Origin: Erysipelotrichaceae bacterium
Lineage (GTDB): Bacteria; Bacillota_I; Bacilli_A; RFN20; CAG-826
Length of the DNA: 57,482 bases
Reading direction: 5' to 3'
Assembly (NCBI GenBank): GCA_012729405.1
Contig: JAAYDH010000020.1
Span: 1 to 57,482, forward strand
Shown piece after piece: positions 10,002 to 18,857 of the stretch. Position 1 is the stretch's first letter. Each line of letters begins with the position of its first letter. The notes under the pieces are model-generated. The model was not told where the DNA came from. It saw only the letters and a list, made by a program, of their open reading frames with translations, and made no database searches. The position numbers and the translations under genes are program-made.

Positions 10002-11228
10002 ATGAAAGAAAAACTATTGCACGATTACGCTAAGTTAATTGTTCGCAAAGGCATAAATGTCCAGAAGGGAGAAATCGTTTGGGTTTACCCCCAATTAGAT
10101 CAACCCGACTTTGTCACCATGGTGGTGGAAGAATGTTACAAAGCAGGAGCGAAAAATGTCGTGGTCTATTGGTCGCACGACCAAATCAGTAGACTCGCCT
10201 ACAAATATGAAACAGTCTCCAGTCTTGCTGACGTGAATTCAATTGCTATTGCTCGATTAAAATATCGCCTCAAGAAGATGCCAACCATGTTGTATCTCAT
10301 TTCGGACGATCCAGACGCTTTCAAAGGCGTCAACCAAGCAAAAATCAGTAAGGCTCGCGCCAAGTCTTATCCAAAGATTAAGAAGTACCTCGATCAACTA
10401 GACAGCAAATACAAGTGGTGTATAGCTGCTGTACCAGGGCTGAAATGGGCCGAAAAGGTCTTTCCTGATGTAAAAGGTGTAAACGCCATTGAAAAACTTT
10501 GGGAAAAAATTCTATTCACATCACGCGTTGATGGAAATGATCCGGTGGAAAATTGGAATAAACACAACGAATTTTTAATCAGCCAAAGAAATAAACTCGA
10601 AAGTTTAAAGTTACGCAAACTTCATTATAAATCAGCGAACGGAACGAATTTTTCTGTTGAATTAATTCCGGGGGTTCGCTGGGGCGGAGGAGTTGAAACA
10701 GCACCAAACAAAGGCGAATTCAATCCTAACATCCCTTCCGAAGAAGTATTCACTACACCGCTCGCCGGTCGGTGCGAAGGAACTCTTTTTGCTTCAAAGC
10801 CACTCAGTTATAACGGAGAAATAATCGATGGTTTCAGCATCACCTTTAAGAATGGAAAAGTCGTAAAAGTTCACGCTGAGAAGAACCAAGGACTATTAGA
10901 GAAAATGGTCGCAATGGATGAGGGAGCTGCTAAACTAGGTGAAGTTGCTCTCGTACCATACGATTCGCCAATTAGACAGTCCAACACATTGTTCTACAAC
11001 ACTTTATTCGATGAAAATGCGGCTTGCCACTTCGCTCTAGGAAGAGGCTTTAGAGAACTGCTGCCCAATTCAGAAAACATGAGCGCTGGAGAAGTTGAAG
11101 CTAAAGGAATTAATAGTTCTATGATCCATGTTGATTTCATGGTGGGAACAAAGGATTTAAGCATCGTCGGTGAAGATGAAAAAGGCCATAAAACCCAAAT
11201 TTTCAAAGATGGTAACTGGTCTATTTAA
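10002..11228 (+). CDS. Aminopeptidase, M29 (AmpS/PepS thermophilic metalloprotease) family
   Basis: 408 aa. The N-terminus (LLHDYAKLIVRKGINVQKGE) and later blocks (EEVFTTP, NTLFDENAACHFALG, IHVDFM) match M29 aminopeptidases. Confidence 0.85.
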   Translation: MKEKLLHDYAKLIVRKGINVQKGEIVWVYPQLDQPDFVTMVVEECYKAGAKNVVVYWSHDQISRLAYKYETVSSLADVNSIAIARLKYRLKKMPTMLYLISDDPDAFKGVNQAKISKARAKSYPKIKKYLDQLDSKYKWCIAAVPGLKWAEKVFPDVKGVNAIEKLWEKILFTSRVDGNDPVENWNKHNEFLISQRNKLESLKLRKLHYKSANGTNFSVELIPGVRWGGGVETAPNKGEFNPNIPSEEVFTTPLAGRCEGTLFASKPLSYNGEIIDGFSITFKNGKVVKVHAEKNQGLLEKMVAMDEGAAKLGEVALVPYDSPIRQSNTLFYNTLFDENAACHFALGRGFRELLPNSENMSAGEVEAKGINSSMIHVDFMVGTKDLSIVGEDEKGHKTQIFKDGNWSI

Positions 11229-11532
11229 TTAGTAAATTAACTATCTCATCAAAATGGATAACTCGTCTTGAATTAAGGACGAGTTTTCTTTCGACCATGT
11301 CAATTTTTTTAACAATAATCTCGTCTTGGATAATTTTATTGTCGCGGAAAAAGGTGACGACAAGTGTCTCGCCCTGATAATTGGTGAGTATGTCATTAAT
11401 TTTTTCCTTCATATCCTGAGATACTATCGGTTTCTCAACTCTTTCCCTCTTTGTTAAAATATTTTCGAGAGAAGGAGCCTGTTCAATTAAGGATTTATAA
11501 GCCAACCATTTTTTCATTCCTCGATCGCTCAT
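11221..11532 (-). CDS. YolD-like protein (accessory partner of Y-family polymerase cassettes)
   Basis: 103 aa with an N-terminal DRGMKKW motif, as in the YolD family. Its start overlaps the stop of the upstream Y-family polymerase gene by 4 nt (ATGA). Confidence 0.6.
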   Translation of the reverse strand: MSDRGMKKWLAYKSLIEQAPSLENILTKRERVEKPIVSQDMKEKINDILTNYQGETLVVTFFRDNKIIQDEIIVKKIDMVERKLVLNSRRVIHFDEIVNLLIK

Positions 11533-12812
11533 TTGTGGTGGCCTCCTATTTGTTCATGCCTTTCTCTTATTGTACTATCTTCCGTTAAAGCAGAAGCTCT
11601 AAGGAGTATGTTTTTCCCGTATTTTTTATGAATCTTGTCAATTGTGAACAATAAGTCTCTACTTTTTATTTGTTCATGTTGGTCGGCAAATAAATCGAGT
11701 TGCTGACACGATGACTTAGTTAAACAACCAAAATTCAAACCAACATTTCGAATTGGTTTGTCTTGAATGTGACGGTTAAAGATTTCGATAAGTGATTCGT
11801 ACAGTTTTGGCGTCTCATCGGTGGCACTGAGGAGAGAGATTTGACGAGAAAAGCCTCCCTGGTTGCCAGAATACCCAATGTAAAGGGATACGCGAGAGGC
11901 TTTTTTTCCTTCTTGTCGCAATCTTTCTGAAAGATCATCACACATTTCGCGGACAATTGTGATGATATTGAATTTATTGTAGTCCTTAAAGAGCACTTGT
12001 CCGATAGTTAAACTCGTTGATTGTGGAACATATTTTTCGTGTATGTCAGATTCATCAATTCCATGTGCGTGACTATACAATTGCTCACCCATCACTCCAA
12101 AATTATTAATTAAAAATTGGGGGGAAGATAGGGCAAGATCTTTCATCGTAAAAATTCCCAATTTATTCAATTTCTCTTCACTTCTAGCTCCGATTCCCCA
12201 TATTTTGCTCAGTGGAGTTACCTTCCATAGTTTAGTTTTTACATCTTTTTGCCGCAAAACAGCGATGCCGTTTTTTTCTTTTTTTGCAAAAATGTCGAGA
12301 GCGACTTTGGCTAGAAAAAAGTTATCTCCTATACCTGCGGTAGCACCCAATCCGGTTTTTTCTTTAATCGCATCTAGTATTAGTTTAGTCAAATCTGAAG
12401 CAGATCTTTGGTAATAACTCAAATAACTGGTTAAATCCAAGAAAGCCTCATCGATTGAGTAAACATGAATATCATCTTGGCTAACAAAATCGAGAAAAAT
12501 ATCTATGACTCTAGTAGACATTTCGATGTATCGTTTCATCCTTGGTCTAGCGTAAACGTAATCGAATTTATTGGGTAGATCTTTAATCCTTAGTCTTGAA
12601 GGAATTCCTTGGGACTTAAGATATGGCGAAACTGATAAAACGATTGTGTTTTTACCTCTTTCCTTATCCGCAACGACCAAAGGAGTTGTCCAAGGATCTA
12701 AGCCACGATCAATACACTCAACGAATGAATAGAATGCCTTTAAATCAATAACGATAATATTTCTTTCTTGTGATGCCATGTGTATCTTTATTTTATAAGG
12801 AAGTTTGTTCAC
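11529..12812 (-). CDS. Y-family (UmuC/DinB/UvrX-like) translesion DNA polymerase
   Basis: IVIDLKAFYSFVE and SIDEAFLD catalytic motifs, plus an HhH region. The start is ambiguous: GTG 12812 or ATG 12779 (MASQERN...). Neither has a clear SD. Confidence 0.85.
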   Translation of the reverse strand: MNKLPYKIKIHMASQERNIIVIDLKAFYSFVECIDRGLDPWTTPLVVADKERGKNTIVLSVSPYLKSQGIPSRLRIKDLPNKFDYVYARPRMKRYIEMSTRVIDIFLDFVSQDDIHVYSIDEAFLDLTSYLSYYQRSASDLTKLILDAIKEKTGLGATAGIGDNFFLAKVALDIFAKKEKNGIAVLRQKDVKTKLWKVTPLSKIWGIGARSEEKLNKLGIFTMKDLALSSPQFLINNFGVMGEQLYSHAHGIDESDIHEKYVPQSTSLTIGQVLFKDYNKFNIITIVREMCDDLSERLRQEGKKASRVSLYIGYSGNQGGFSRQISLLSATDETPKLYESLIEIFNRHIQDKPIRNVGLNFGCLTKSSCQQLDLFADQHEQIKSRDLLFTIDKIHKKYGKNILLRASALTEDSTIRERHEQIGGHHK

Positions 12813-12904
12813 TTTTCATTAAGGAAAACCATTATTTCTATTATCAATAGATAATGTGCTATCATTTATATGATAAAACGAGGTTATAAGGAGTCGAGAA
12901 AGAT

Positions 12905-14152
12905 ATGGAAATTGCTACAATTATTTTGTCATCAATATCGCTGCTGGTGGTTATCGGTTTGCTTTTTGTCATTGTCAAAAGAAAACCTCAACCAGTCGAA
13001 ACAAAAGTGGATTTAAAAGAAATCGGAGCCTTACAAAAACAAATTGAGTTTTTAAGTACTCAAATTAAAGGTGATATAGAGCTGGCGGTCGTAAAAGAAA
13101 TGGCTAAATTGGCCGATCAATCCATCAAGAATAGTGAATTAAACAATGAAAAACTTGAGAGATTCCAAAAAGCTATAGCAGACTCTCTAAATACTCGTTT
13201 TGACGCTTTAAACAAACAGATGGAGGACAAGATTGCTATCATCAATCAAAAAGTTGATGAAAAACTTTCCGAAGGATTCAAATCGACAAACGAGTCCATG
13301 GCACAAGTTAGGGAAAGACTGCAAGCCATCGATGCCGCCCAAAAGAATATTGAAAATCTTTCGAAAGATGTTGTTTCTTTGAAACAAGTTCTTGAAGGAA
13401 ACCAAACCCGTGGACAGTATGGCGAGTATCAATTAAGCATGGTTCTTCACAATGTTTTTGGAGACACTGAGGGGTGTTATCAAGAGCAATACACTTTAAA
13501 GAAGGTAAAAGATGGAGATGATGTTCGGGCAGATGCTGTTGTCTTTATGCCTGAGCCAAACAAGATGATCTGTATTGACTCTAAATTCCCGTTTTCTGAC
13601 TATGCAAAAATGTTTGATGCTCAGTCAGAGGAAGAAAAAGCTGGTCTAACAAAAGAATTTTCCAACGCAGTTAAAAAACACATTACAACTATAAAAGACA
13701 AATACATTGTCGAAGGTAAAACGGCCCCTGAAGCATTAATGTTTATTCCCAATGACGGAGTATTTGCCTTCATCCATCACAATTGTCGCGACGTTATTGA
13801 CTATGCTCGAGAGAAGAAGGTGATTTTAACCTCCCCAAGCACTATGCCTGCCATTTTAGTTACGATTAATATGGTTAAAATTCAAGTTGAAAGAGCGAAG
13901 AATGTTGAAGAAATCAACCGTCAGTTAAAACGCTTGAGTAAAGACTTCGAAATGTTCGCTCGTGAATGGGATAAATTCTCCGATGATTTAGAAAAAACCA
14001 CTCGTTCAAGAGAGAAGCTCGACACTCGCGTTAATAAAATCAACACTAAGTTTGATGCAATCCGTGGTAACGATAAATTAACTGAACTTGAAGAGGTCGA
14101 GAGTGAAACTTATGCCGAACTCACAGGTGAAGAAAATGAAATTAAACAATAA
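12905..14152 (+). CDS. rmuC: DNA recombination protein RmuC
   Basis: 415 aa with an N-terminal TM anchor, a long coiled-coil and a C-terminal RmuC nuclease-like block (RADAVVFMPE...ICIDSKFP). An aaggag RBS is present. Confidence 0.85.
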   Translation: MEIATIILSSISLLVVIGLLFVIVKRKPQPVETKVDLKEIGALQKQIEFLSTQIKGDIELAVVKEMAKLADQSIKNSELNNEKLERFQKAIADSLNTRFDALNKQMEDKIAIINQKVDEKLSEGFKSTNESMAQVRERLQAIDAAQKNIENLSKDVVSLKQVLEGNQTRGQYGEYQLSMVLHNVFGDTEGCYQEQYTLKKVKDGDDVRADAVVFMPEPNKMICIDSKFPFSDYAKMFDAQSEEEKAGLTKEFSNAVKKHITTIKDKYIVEGKTAPEALMFIPNDGVFAFIHHNCRDVIDYAREKKVILTSPSTMPAILVTINMVKIQVERAKNVEEINRQLKRLSKDFEMFAREWDKFSDDLEKTTRSREKLDTRVNKINTKFDAIRGNDKLTELEEVESETYAELTGEENEIKQ

Positions 14153-15257
14153 AAGAACAATCGTAAATTTTTCGAACTCTCTTTTAAAGCACTTTGGTGC
14201 TCCGACATGGCACGAAACAATCCCCGAGATTGATCAGGCGCTTGAAGGTCAGGATAAAGTCGTTGTCATGCTTTTTGATGGTCTTGGAAGGTACATAATT
14301 GACAAACATTTAAGAACTAGAGGATTCCTTCGTTCCCATTACTTAACGACGATTAACGCGACTTTTCCTCCAACCACAGTCGCCTCTACAAACGGTTTTT
14401 TATCAGGGAAGTTTCCTATTGAAACTGGGTGGATCTCTTGGAGCCAATATTTTGAAGATTACAAATGTGATATTGAAGTATTCAAAAACACTAGGAGTAG
14501 CGATGGTTCTCTTGTGCGCGACAAAGACAATCTAATCATTGCTGAAAAGTGTCCTTATGAGAACATTTTTAAACAAATAAAAAAAGCAAACCCATCGGTG
14601 AACGTTTTTGATGTTTTTCCGCATAAGGTACGTCCAAAAAGCGATATCACCAACTTTAAAAAAGCTCGTCTGACTATCAATAAAGCACTAAAAGAAAGTA
14701 CTAAAGCGTTTGTATATTTTTATTGGACTCTTCCTGATGGCAATATCCATCGCTACGGAGTAAAAAGCCTACGAGTTCATTTTGTTATCAAGAAAATTCA
14801 ACGGTTCGTGAAAAAGATGGTCAAAAATAACCCAGATACCGTTTTTCTCACATTCGCTGACCATGGATTAATCGATGTGAAATATTTAGATATTTGTGAT
14901 CATGATGATCTACAAAATCTACTTTATCGCCCACTCTCTTTTGAAAAAAGAGTTGTCAACTTCTTTGTTAAACCGGACAAGAAAGAACAGTTCGCCCTTC
15001 TATTTCAAAAATATTATGGGAGGCATTTCGAATTATTGGATAGAAAAACTGTCTTTCAAAACGAACTATTTGGAAAAGGCAGACCCCACCTAGTTTCTTA
15101 TGACTTTATTGGGGACTTTATTGCTATCTCAAAAGATGAATATTGCCTCTATGCATCAAACGAAACAACCCCAGAGAAATTCGTTGCTCACAAAGGTCAC
15201 CATGCCGGAGGAACAAAAGAAGAAATGGAAATTGACATCAGTATTTTTAATGATTAA
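14136..15257 (+). CDS. Alkaline-phosphatase-superfamily protein (type I phosphodiesterase/nucleotide pyrophosphatase or PglZ-like fold)
   Basis: Metal/nucleophile motifs MLFDGLG, TFPPTTVAS..G..P...G and ADHG, plus a C-terminal HKGHHAGG. Start taken at ATG 14136, overlapping the rmuC stop by 17 nt. Confidence 0.7.
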   Translation: MKLNNKRTIVNFSNSLLKHFGAPTWHETIPEIDQALEGQDKVVVMLFDGLGRYIIDKHLRTRGFLRSHYLTTINATFPPTTVASTNGFLSGKFPIETGWISWSQYFEDYKCDIEVFKNTRSSDGSLVRDKDNLIIAEKCPYENIFKQIKKANPSVNVFDVFPHKVRPKSDITNFKKARLTINKALKESTKAFVYFYWTLPDGNIHRYGVKSLRVHFVIKKIQRFVKKMVKNNPDTVFLTFADHGLIDVKYLDICDHDDLQNLLYRPLSFEKRVVNFFVKPDKKEQFALLFQKYYGRHFELLDRKTVFQNELFGKGRPHLVSYDFIGDFIAISKDEYCLYASNETTPEKFVAHKGHHAGGTKEEMEIDISIFND

Positions 15258-15321
15258 AGCAACAATCAAAGTGTTGAAAACACTAATAAAAAAAAGTAAA
15301 ATAAGCGAGCCGGTCGGAAAT

Positions 15322-15397
15322 GGGTCTGTAGCTCATCTGGGAGAGCGCCTCGTTCGCAACGAGGAGGTAGCCGGTTCGATCCCGGTCAGATCCACCA
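15322..15397 (+). tRNA. tRNA-Ala (anticodon CGC), CCA encoded
   Basis: A 76-nt cloverleaf folded by hand. The acceptor stem is GGGTCTG/CAGATCC with the G3:U70 alanine identity pair. The anticodon stem is CCTCG/CGAGG with loop TTCGCAA, and the T-loop is TTCGATC. Confidence 0.9.
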
Positions 15398-15641
15398 AAA
15401 TCGTAGAACAATCTTGATACAATGAATGTGTCAGGATTTTTTTATTAGCACCAATCGAGTGTTTTTGAAATTGGACCAGCCAATTGGATGACCACCCCAA
15501 AGCTGAAAACCAAAAAGCGGTTTGCAATGTTTAAACGGCTCAAGGTTGAAGTGTTCTCTTAAACCTAGATAAAACACGAAAAGGTTTTCCGTAATATCAA
15601 TCAAGCGTTTATCATTTGTATTCAGAAAATAGTAAGCACTT

Positions 15642-15881
15642 TTATTTGAGCACTTCCCAATAACCTGCTTTATTCGAACCGATTCGTTTAATATAGTTGT
15701 TAGCTTTTAGCCACTTTATGTTCTTTTCAGTTGCTGTTTCACTAATTTTGATGATTTTGCTTAACTGCATTGACGTTATATTAGGGTTGTCTCTCATTTC
15801 CTTTAGTATTGTTTGACGATTTGTGGAAAGACTATTCCCAACCTTATTCCCAACCTTATTCCCAACCACATTAATCCACAT
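15642..15881 (-). CDS. Small stand-alone winged-helix DNA-binding protein, resembling the C-terminal domain of AlbA_2/Schlafen-type regulators
   Basis: Strong RBS aaggagg 5 nt before ATG 15881. VGNKVGNKVGN repeats are followed by ...ILKEMRDNPNITSMQLSKIIKISETATEKNIKWLKANNYIKRIGSNKAGYWEVL, the typical tail of much larger AlbA_2/HATPase proteins whose N-terminal domains are absent here. Confidence 0.55.
   Translation of the reverse strand: MWINVVGNKVGNKVGNSLSTNRQTILKEMRDNPNITSMQLSKIIKISETATEKNIKWLKANNYIKRIGSNKAGYWEVLK
15834..15867. repeat. 12-bp tandem repeat (ATTCCCAACCTT, 2.8 copies) encoding the VGNK repeats
   Basis: Direct reading of 15834-15867. The repeat lies inside the small wHTH ORF. 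Confidence 0.9.
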
Positions 15882-16007
15882 AATGTCCTCCTTATTTTGA
15901 TTTCTCAACACATCAATTATAACGAGGACTTTTTGCTACAAAATCTCGGTAAGGCTGTAAACAAGAAAGTGGACAAGTAAAATTATGCCCACTTTCTTTT
16001 CAACAGA

Positions 16008-16036
16008 ACCAAAAAACCACGATTTTGTCGTGGTTT
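16008..16036 (-). terminator. Intrinsic terminator downstream of the ferritin gene
   Basis: Stem AAACCACGA (16014-16022) pairs with TCGTGGTTT (16028-16036). On the minus strand a T6 run follows. Confidence 0.7.
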
Positions 16037-16052
16037 CTTTTATAAAAACCTC

Positions 16053-16568
16053 TTAGTCTAAATCAGGGGTCGATTTGTGGTAAGAACGTCCGCGAAGATG
16101 TCCGTCAAGAGCGACGAGAGCAGCCTTATCATCTTTCATGAAGTCATAATCATCTAATAGATTTTCAGCACTGCTTTCCTCCTCAACTTGTTCTTTGATA
16201 AACCACTGTAGGAATTCTTGTGTGCCGTAATCCTTTTCTTTGATAGCGACCTCGAGAATGTTCTCGATTGATTTAGTTACTTCTTGTTCGTGTTTGATTT
16301 GAAGAACAAGTGGTTCGCGGAAATCTTTGTATTCTCCAAAAGGAGCGTCAATCTTCAGTGAGATAACGCGAGCATTTCTATGTAGTAAATACTCTCTGAA
16401 GTACATTGCATGATCTCTTTCTTCCTGAGCTTGGACTAAGAAATAATGGCCAAAGCCTTTTAAACCTTTCGCTTCATAGTAGTTAGACATTTCTAAGTAT
16501 AAGTAGCTGCTGTAGAGTTCTTTTTGAATTTGCTCATTAATAAGAGCTTCAACTTTTTTGTTTAGCAT
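16053..16568 (-). CDS. ftnA: Non-heme ferritin
   Basis: 171 aa with ferroxidase-centre residues in INEQIQKELYSSYLYLEM and QEERDHA. Ferritin-like four-helix pattern. Confidence 0.9.
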   Translation of the reverse strand: MLNKKVEALINEQIQKELYSSYLYLEMSNYYEAKGLKGFGHYFLVQAQEERDHAMYFREYLLHRNARVISLKIDAPFGEYKDFREPLVLQIKHEQEVTKSIENILEVAIKEKDYGTQEFLQWFIKEQVEEESSAENLLDDYDFMKDDKAALVALDGHLRGRSYHKSTPDLD

Positions 16569-16741
16569 ATTTTAAATCTTCTTTCTGAAAGTCATCTGTC
16601 TTTCATATATATACTAAACCATCACATTTATTATAAAAAGCAATACGCTTTATCACATACTACTTAATTAACTAGAACTGGACAAATTTTATTTATATTA
16701 CTTGCATTGATATTCACGGCCATAATATATGAACGACAAAA

Positions 16742-17149
16742 CTACTTTTTGCGATTTTTAACTAAATAGTCCATCACAGACTTACGCGTAATAATACCAA
16801 TGAAGACCCCTTTGTCATCCTCCACGGGAACAAAGTTTTGATTGGTGATTAAGTTAATTAAATCTGAGACTTCTTTGTCGATACGAATCGGAGTGTATTT
16901 CCAATGAGGCTCAATCTCTTTTACTGAAATTTTTTCACATTGTTCGAGCGTGAGGTTTCTTGCGGTGATATACCATAAGAAATCGCTCGCTGAGAGGGTT
17001 TCGATGTAGCGGCCCTCCTTATTAATAACCGGAATCGCGGAATACCGGTGATGTTCCATTTTCTCAAGAGCTTGTCTAAGGGTAAAAGTATCTTGAAGAT
17101 ATTCAACGTTGTTTTTAGGGGTTAGAAAGAACAACACATTCATGTACAA
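16742..17149 (-). CDS. Stand-alone CBS-pair domain protein
   Basis: 135 aa with two CBS-like repeats (IPVINKEGRYIETLSASD and VPVEDDKGVFIGIITRKS). Confidence 0.8.
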   Translation of the reverse strand: MYMNVLFFLTPKNNVEYLQDTFTLRQALEKMEHHRYSAIPVINKEGRYIETLSASDFLWYITARNLTLEQCEKISVKEIEPHWKYTPIRIDKEVSDLINLITNQNFVPVEDDKGVFIGIITRKSVMDYLVKNRKK

Positions 17150-17300
17150 ATTATAACATTTTTCCGGTAAAAAATATGAAATAATTATGTCCGTGCCCCT
17201 TATGGAAAATAAGATTATTCACCAGCTAGTGTTCTATAAGGAAGAAAAAAGAATTATAATAAACGCAAGAAAGAACGTTGAATAAACCGGCGATTAAATT

Positions 17301-17984
17301 GTGGAGGCAAACGAAAGCAATAAGATGAGTGTTTGTAATGTATATCTATCAAAATATCCCTTCCCATTTAAGAAAGAAATCTTTTGTCAACAAAGGCGAG
17401 AAGAGATTGAAAAATGCCGCAATTCAAGCGTAAAAGAGCAAAAAATGTATGTTTGGAAGTTACTGGAGTATGCTCTATCTGATACTTTTGGTCTAGATAT
17501 CAGCAAACAAAAATTCCAAAAAAAGAAAAGCGGAAAATGGATTCTTGATGGATGCTATTTTTCTCTTTCTCACAGCGGAAATATCATCACTGTTGCCATC
17601 AGCGATTCCCCAGTTGGAATCGATGTACAGATAATTAAAAAGCTTGATCAATCGCAAAAATTTAAAGCAATAATCTTATCCGAAAAGGAAAAGAAGAAGT
17701 TTCGAAACATTAGCGATGAAAGATTATTGAAGATGTGGTCACTCAAAGAATGTGCCTTCAAGCAAAGCGATGACTCTAACTTTATTCCCTCTCGATACAG
17801 CATTGATGATATACCCAAAGGTGTTACTTTTAAGTTTGGCCAAGGGAAAGACAAATACATACTATCCCTGCTATGCGATAATGTCGAAAAAGCCGATTAT
17901 CACTCCCTGATCGGTGAATTCAAAACAAGCGGAATGAACTCGCCGAGAATTAAAGCGATTAATAGAACCCTAGTTAATATCTGA
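17301..17984 (+). CDS. 4'-phosphopantetheinyl transferase, Sfp type
   Basis: GIDVQ and WSLKECAFK motifs. The start is GTG 17301 or ATG 17325. The 3' end overlaps the convergent rbsK by 15 nt. Confidence 0.75.
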   Translation: MEANESNKMSVCNVYLSKYPFPFKKEIFCQQRREEIEKCRNSSVKEQKMYVWKLLEYALSDTFGLDISKQKFQKKKSGKWILDGCYFSLSHSGNIITVAISDSPVGIDVQIIKKLDQSQKFKAIILSEKEKKKFRNISDERLLKMWSLKECAFKQSDDSNFIPSRYSIDDIPKGVTFKFGQGKDKYILSLLCDNVEKADYHSLIGEFKTSGMNSPRIKAINRTLVNI

Positions 17985-18857
17985 TATTTTTGGGAGCGAT
18001 TTTATCGCTCCCTTTTTTGTAACAGTAAAAGAACTACAACGATTTGCGAACTCCATTGCCTCTTTGATTGATTTTTCATGACTTAAAGAAGTGACAAAAG
18101 CACCAAGATAGCTATCGCCAGCAGCGGTCGTGTCAACGGCTTCAACCTTTATTGGAGGAATTTTTATCGTCTCAGTTTCATTTATATAAATAGACCCTTT
18201 TTCGCCAAGAGTAACTATGACGTTTTTGACACCTTTTTGTAATAGCAATTGAGCTAATGTTTGATAATCTTTTCTGTTACTTTTCACGTAACTGGCAAGC
18301 TCGTGTTCATTAGGAATAAAGAAATCAATGTATGGAAAAACCTCTTCAGGCAGCTCTCGATATGGAGCTGGGTTAAGAATAGTTGTTATTCCTAGGCTTT
18401 TAGCTTTTTTTAATGCATAGCAAACTGTGTCGACTGGGTTCTCAAGTTGAATAAGAAGAAATTTAACCTCTTTTTCTTTTTCAAAAATACTGTCAACATC
18501 GCTTTTTGTAATATCCATATTCGCTCCAGGAACGATTATGATACGATTTTCCTTTGTTATTGTATCAAGAGTAATGCTGGCCACTCCGGTTTGTTTGTTG
18601 GACTTTTTGATTACAGATTTGATCCCCTGCAAAGTTAAGAATGATGAAGCATAATCTCCGTTTTGATCATCCCCGACTGCTCCAAAAAACACCACATCTC
18701 CACCAAGGAAGGCAGACGCACAAGCTTGATTTGCTCCCTTGCCGCCGACATTTGAGAAAAATGATTCACCAAACACTGTCGTTCCAGGAGCAGGTAAGAC
18801 TTTTGTGTAAGTCACATTATCAATACTGATACTACCAATGACTAGAATTTTACTCAT
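17970..18857 (-). CDS. rbsK: Ribokinase
   Basis: 295 aa of the PfkB family with GGKGANQA and DTTAAGDSY motifs. Confidence 0.9.
   Translation of the reverse strand: MSKILVIGSISIDNVTYTKVLPAPGTTVFGESFFSNVGGKGANQACASAFLGGDVVFFGAVGDDQNGDYASSFLTLQGIKSVIKKSNKQTGVASITLDTITKENRIIIVPGANMDITKSDVDSIFEKEKEVKFLLIQLENPVDTVCYALKKAKSLGITTILNPAPYRELPEEVFPYIDFFIPNEHELASYVKSNRKDYQTLAQLLLQKGVKNVIVTLGEKGSIYINETETIKIPPIKVEAVDTTAAGDSYLGAFVTSLSHEKSIKEAMEFANRCSSFTVTKKGAIKSLPKISDIN

Noticed and set aside
12780-12904. A LexA (Cheo) box in front of the Y-family polymerase gene.
   Set aside because: The closest sequence, GAACaaacTTCC at the GTG start, deviates in the conserved right half-site. No GAAC-N4-GTTC is present.
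15100-15527. ORFs 15100-15417 (+) and 15333-15527 (-), which overlap the tRNA region.
   Set aside because: Both read through the tRNA-Ala gene. The GSVAHLGERL...GSIPV translation is the usual tRNA artefact, and the ORFs have no RBS.
15834-15867. A 12-bp tandem repeat considered as a possible CRISPR array or regulatory repeat.
   Set aside because: The units are contiguous with no spacers, number only 2.8 copies, and sit in frame within an ORF encoding VGNK repeats. No cas genes are present.
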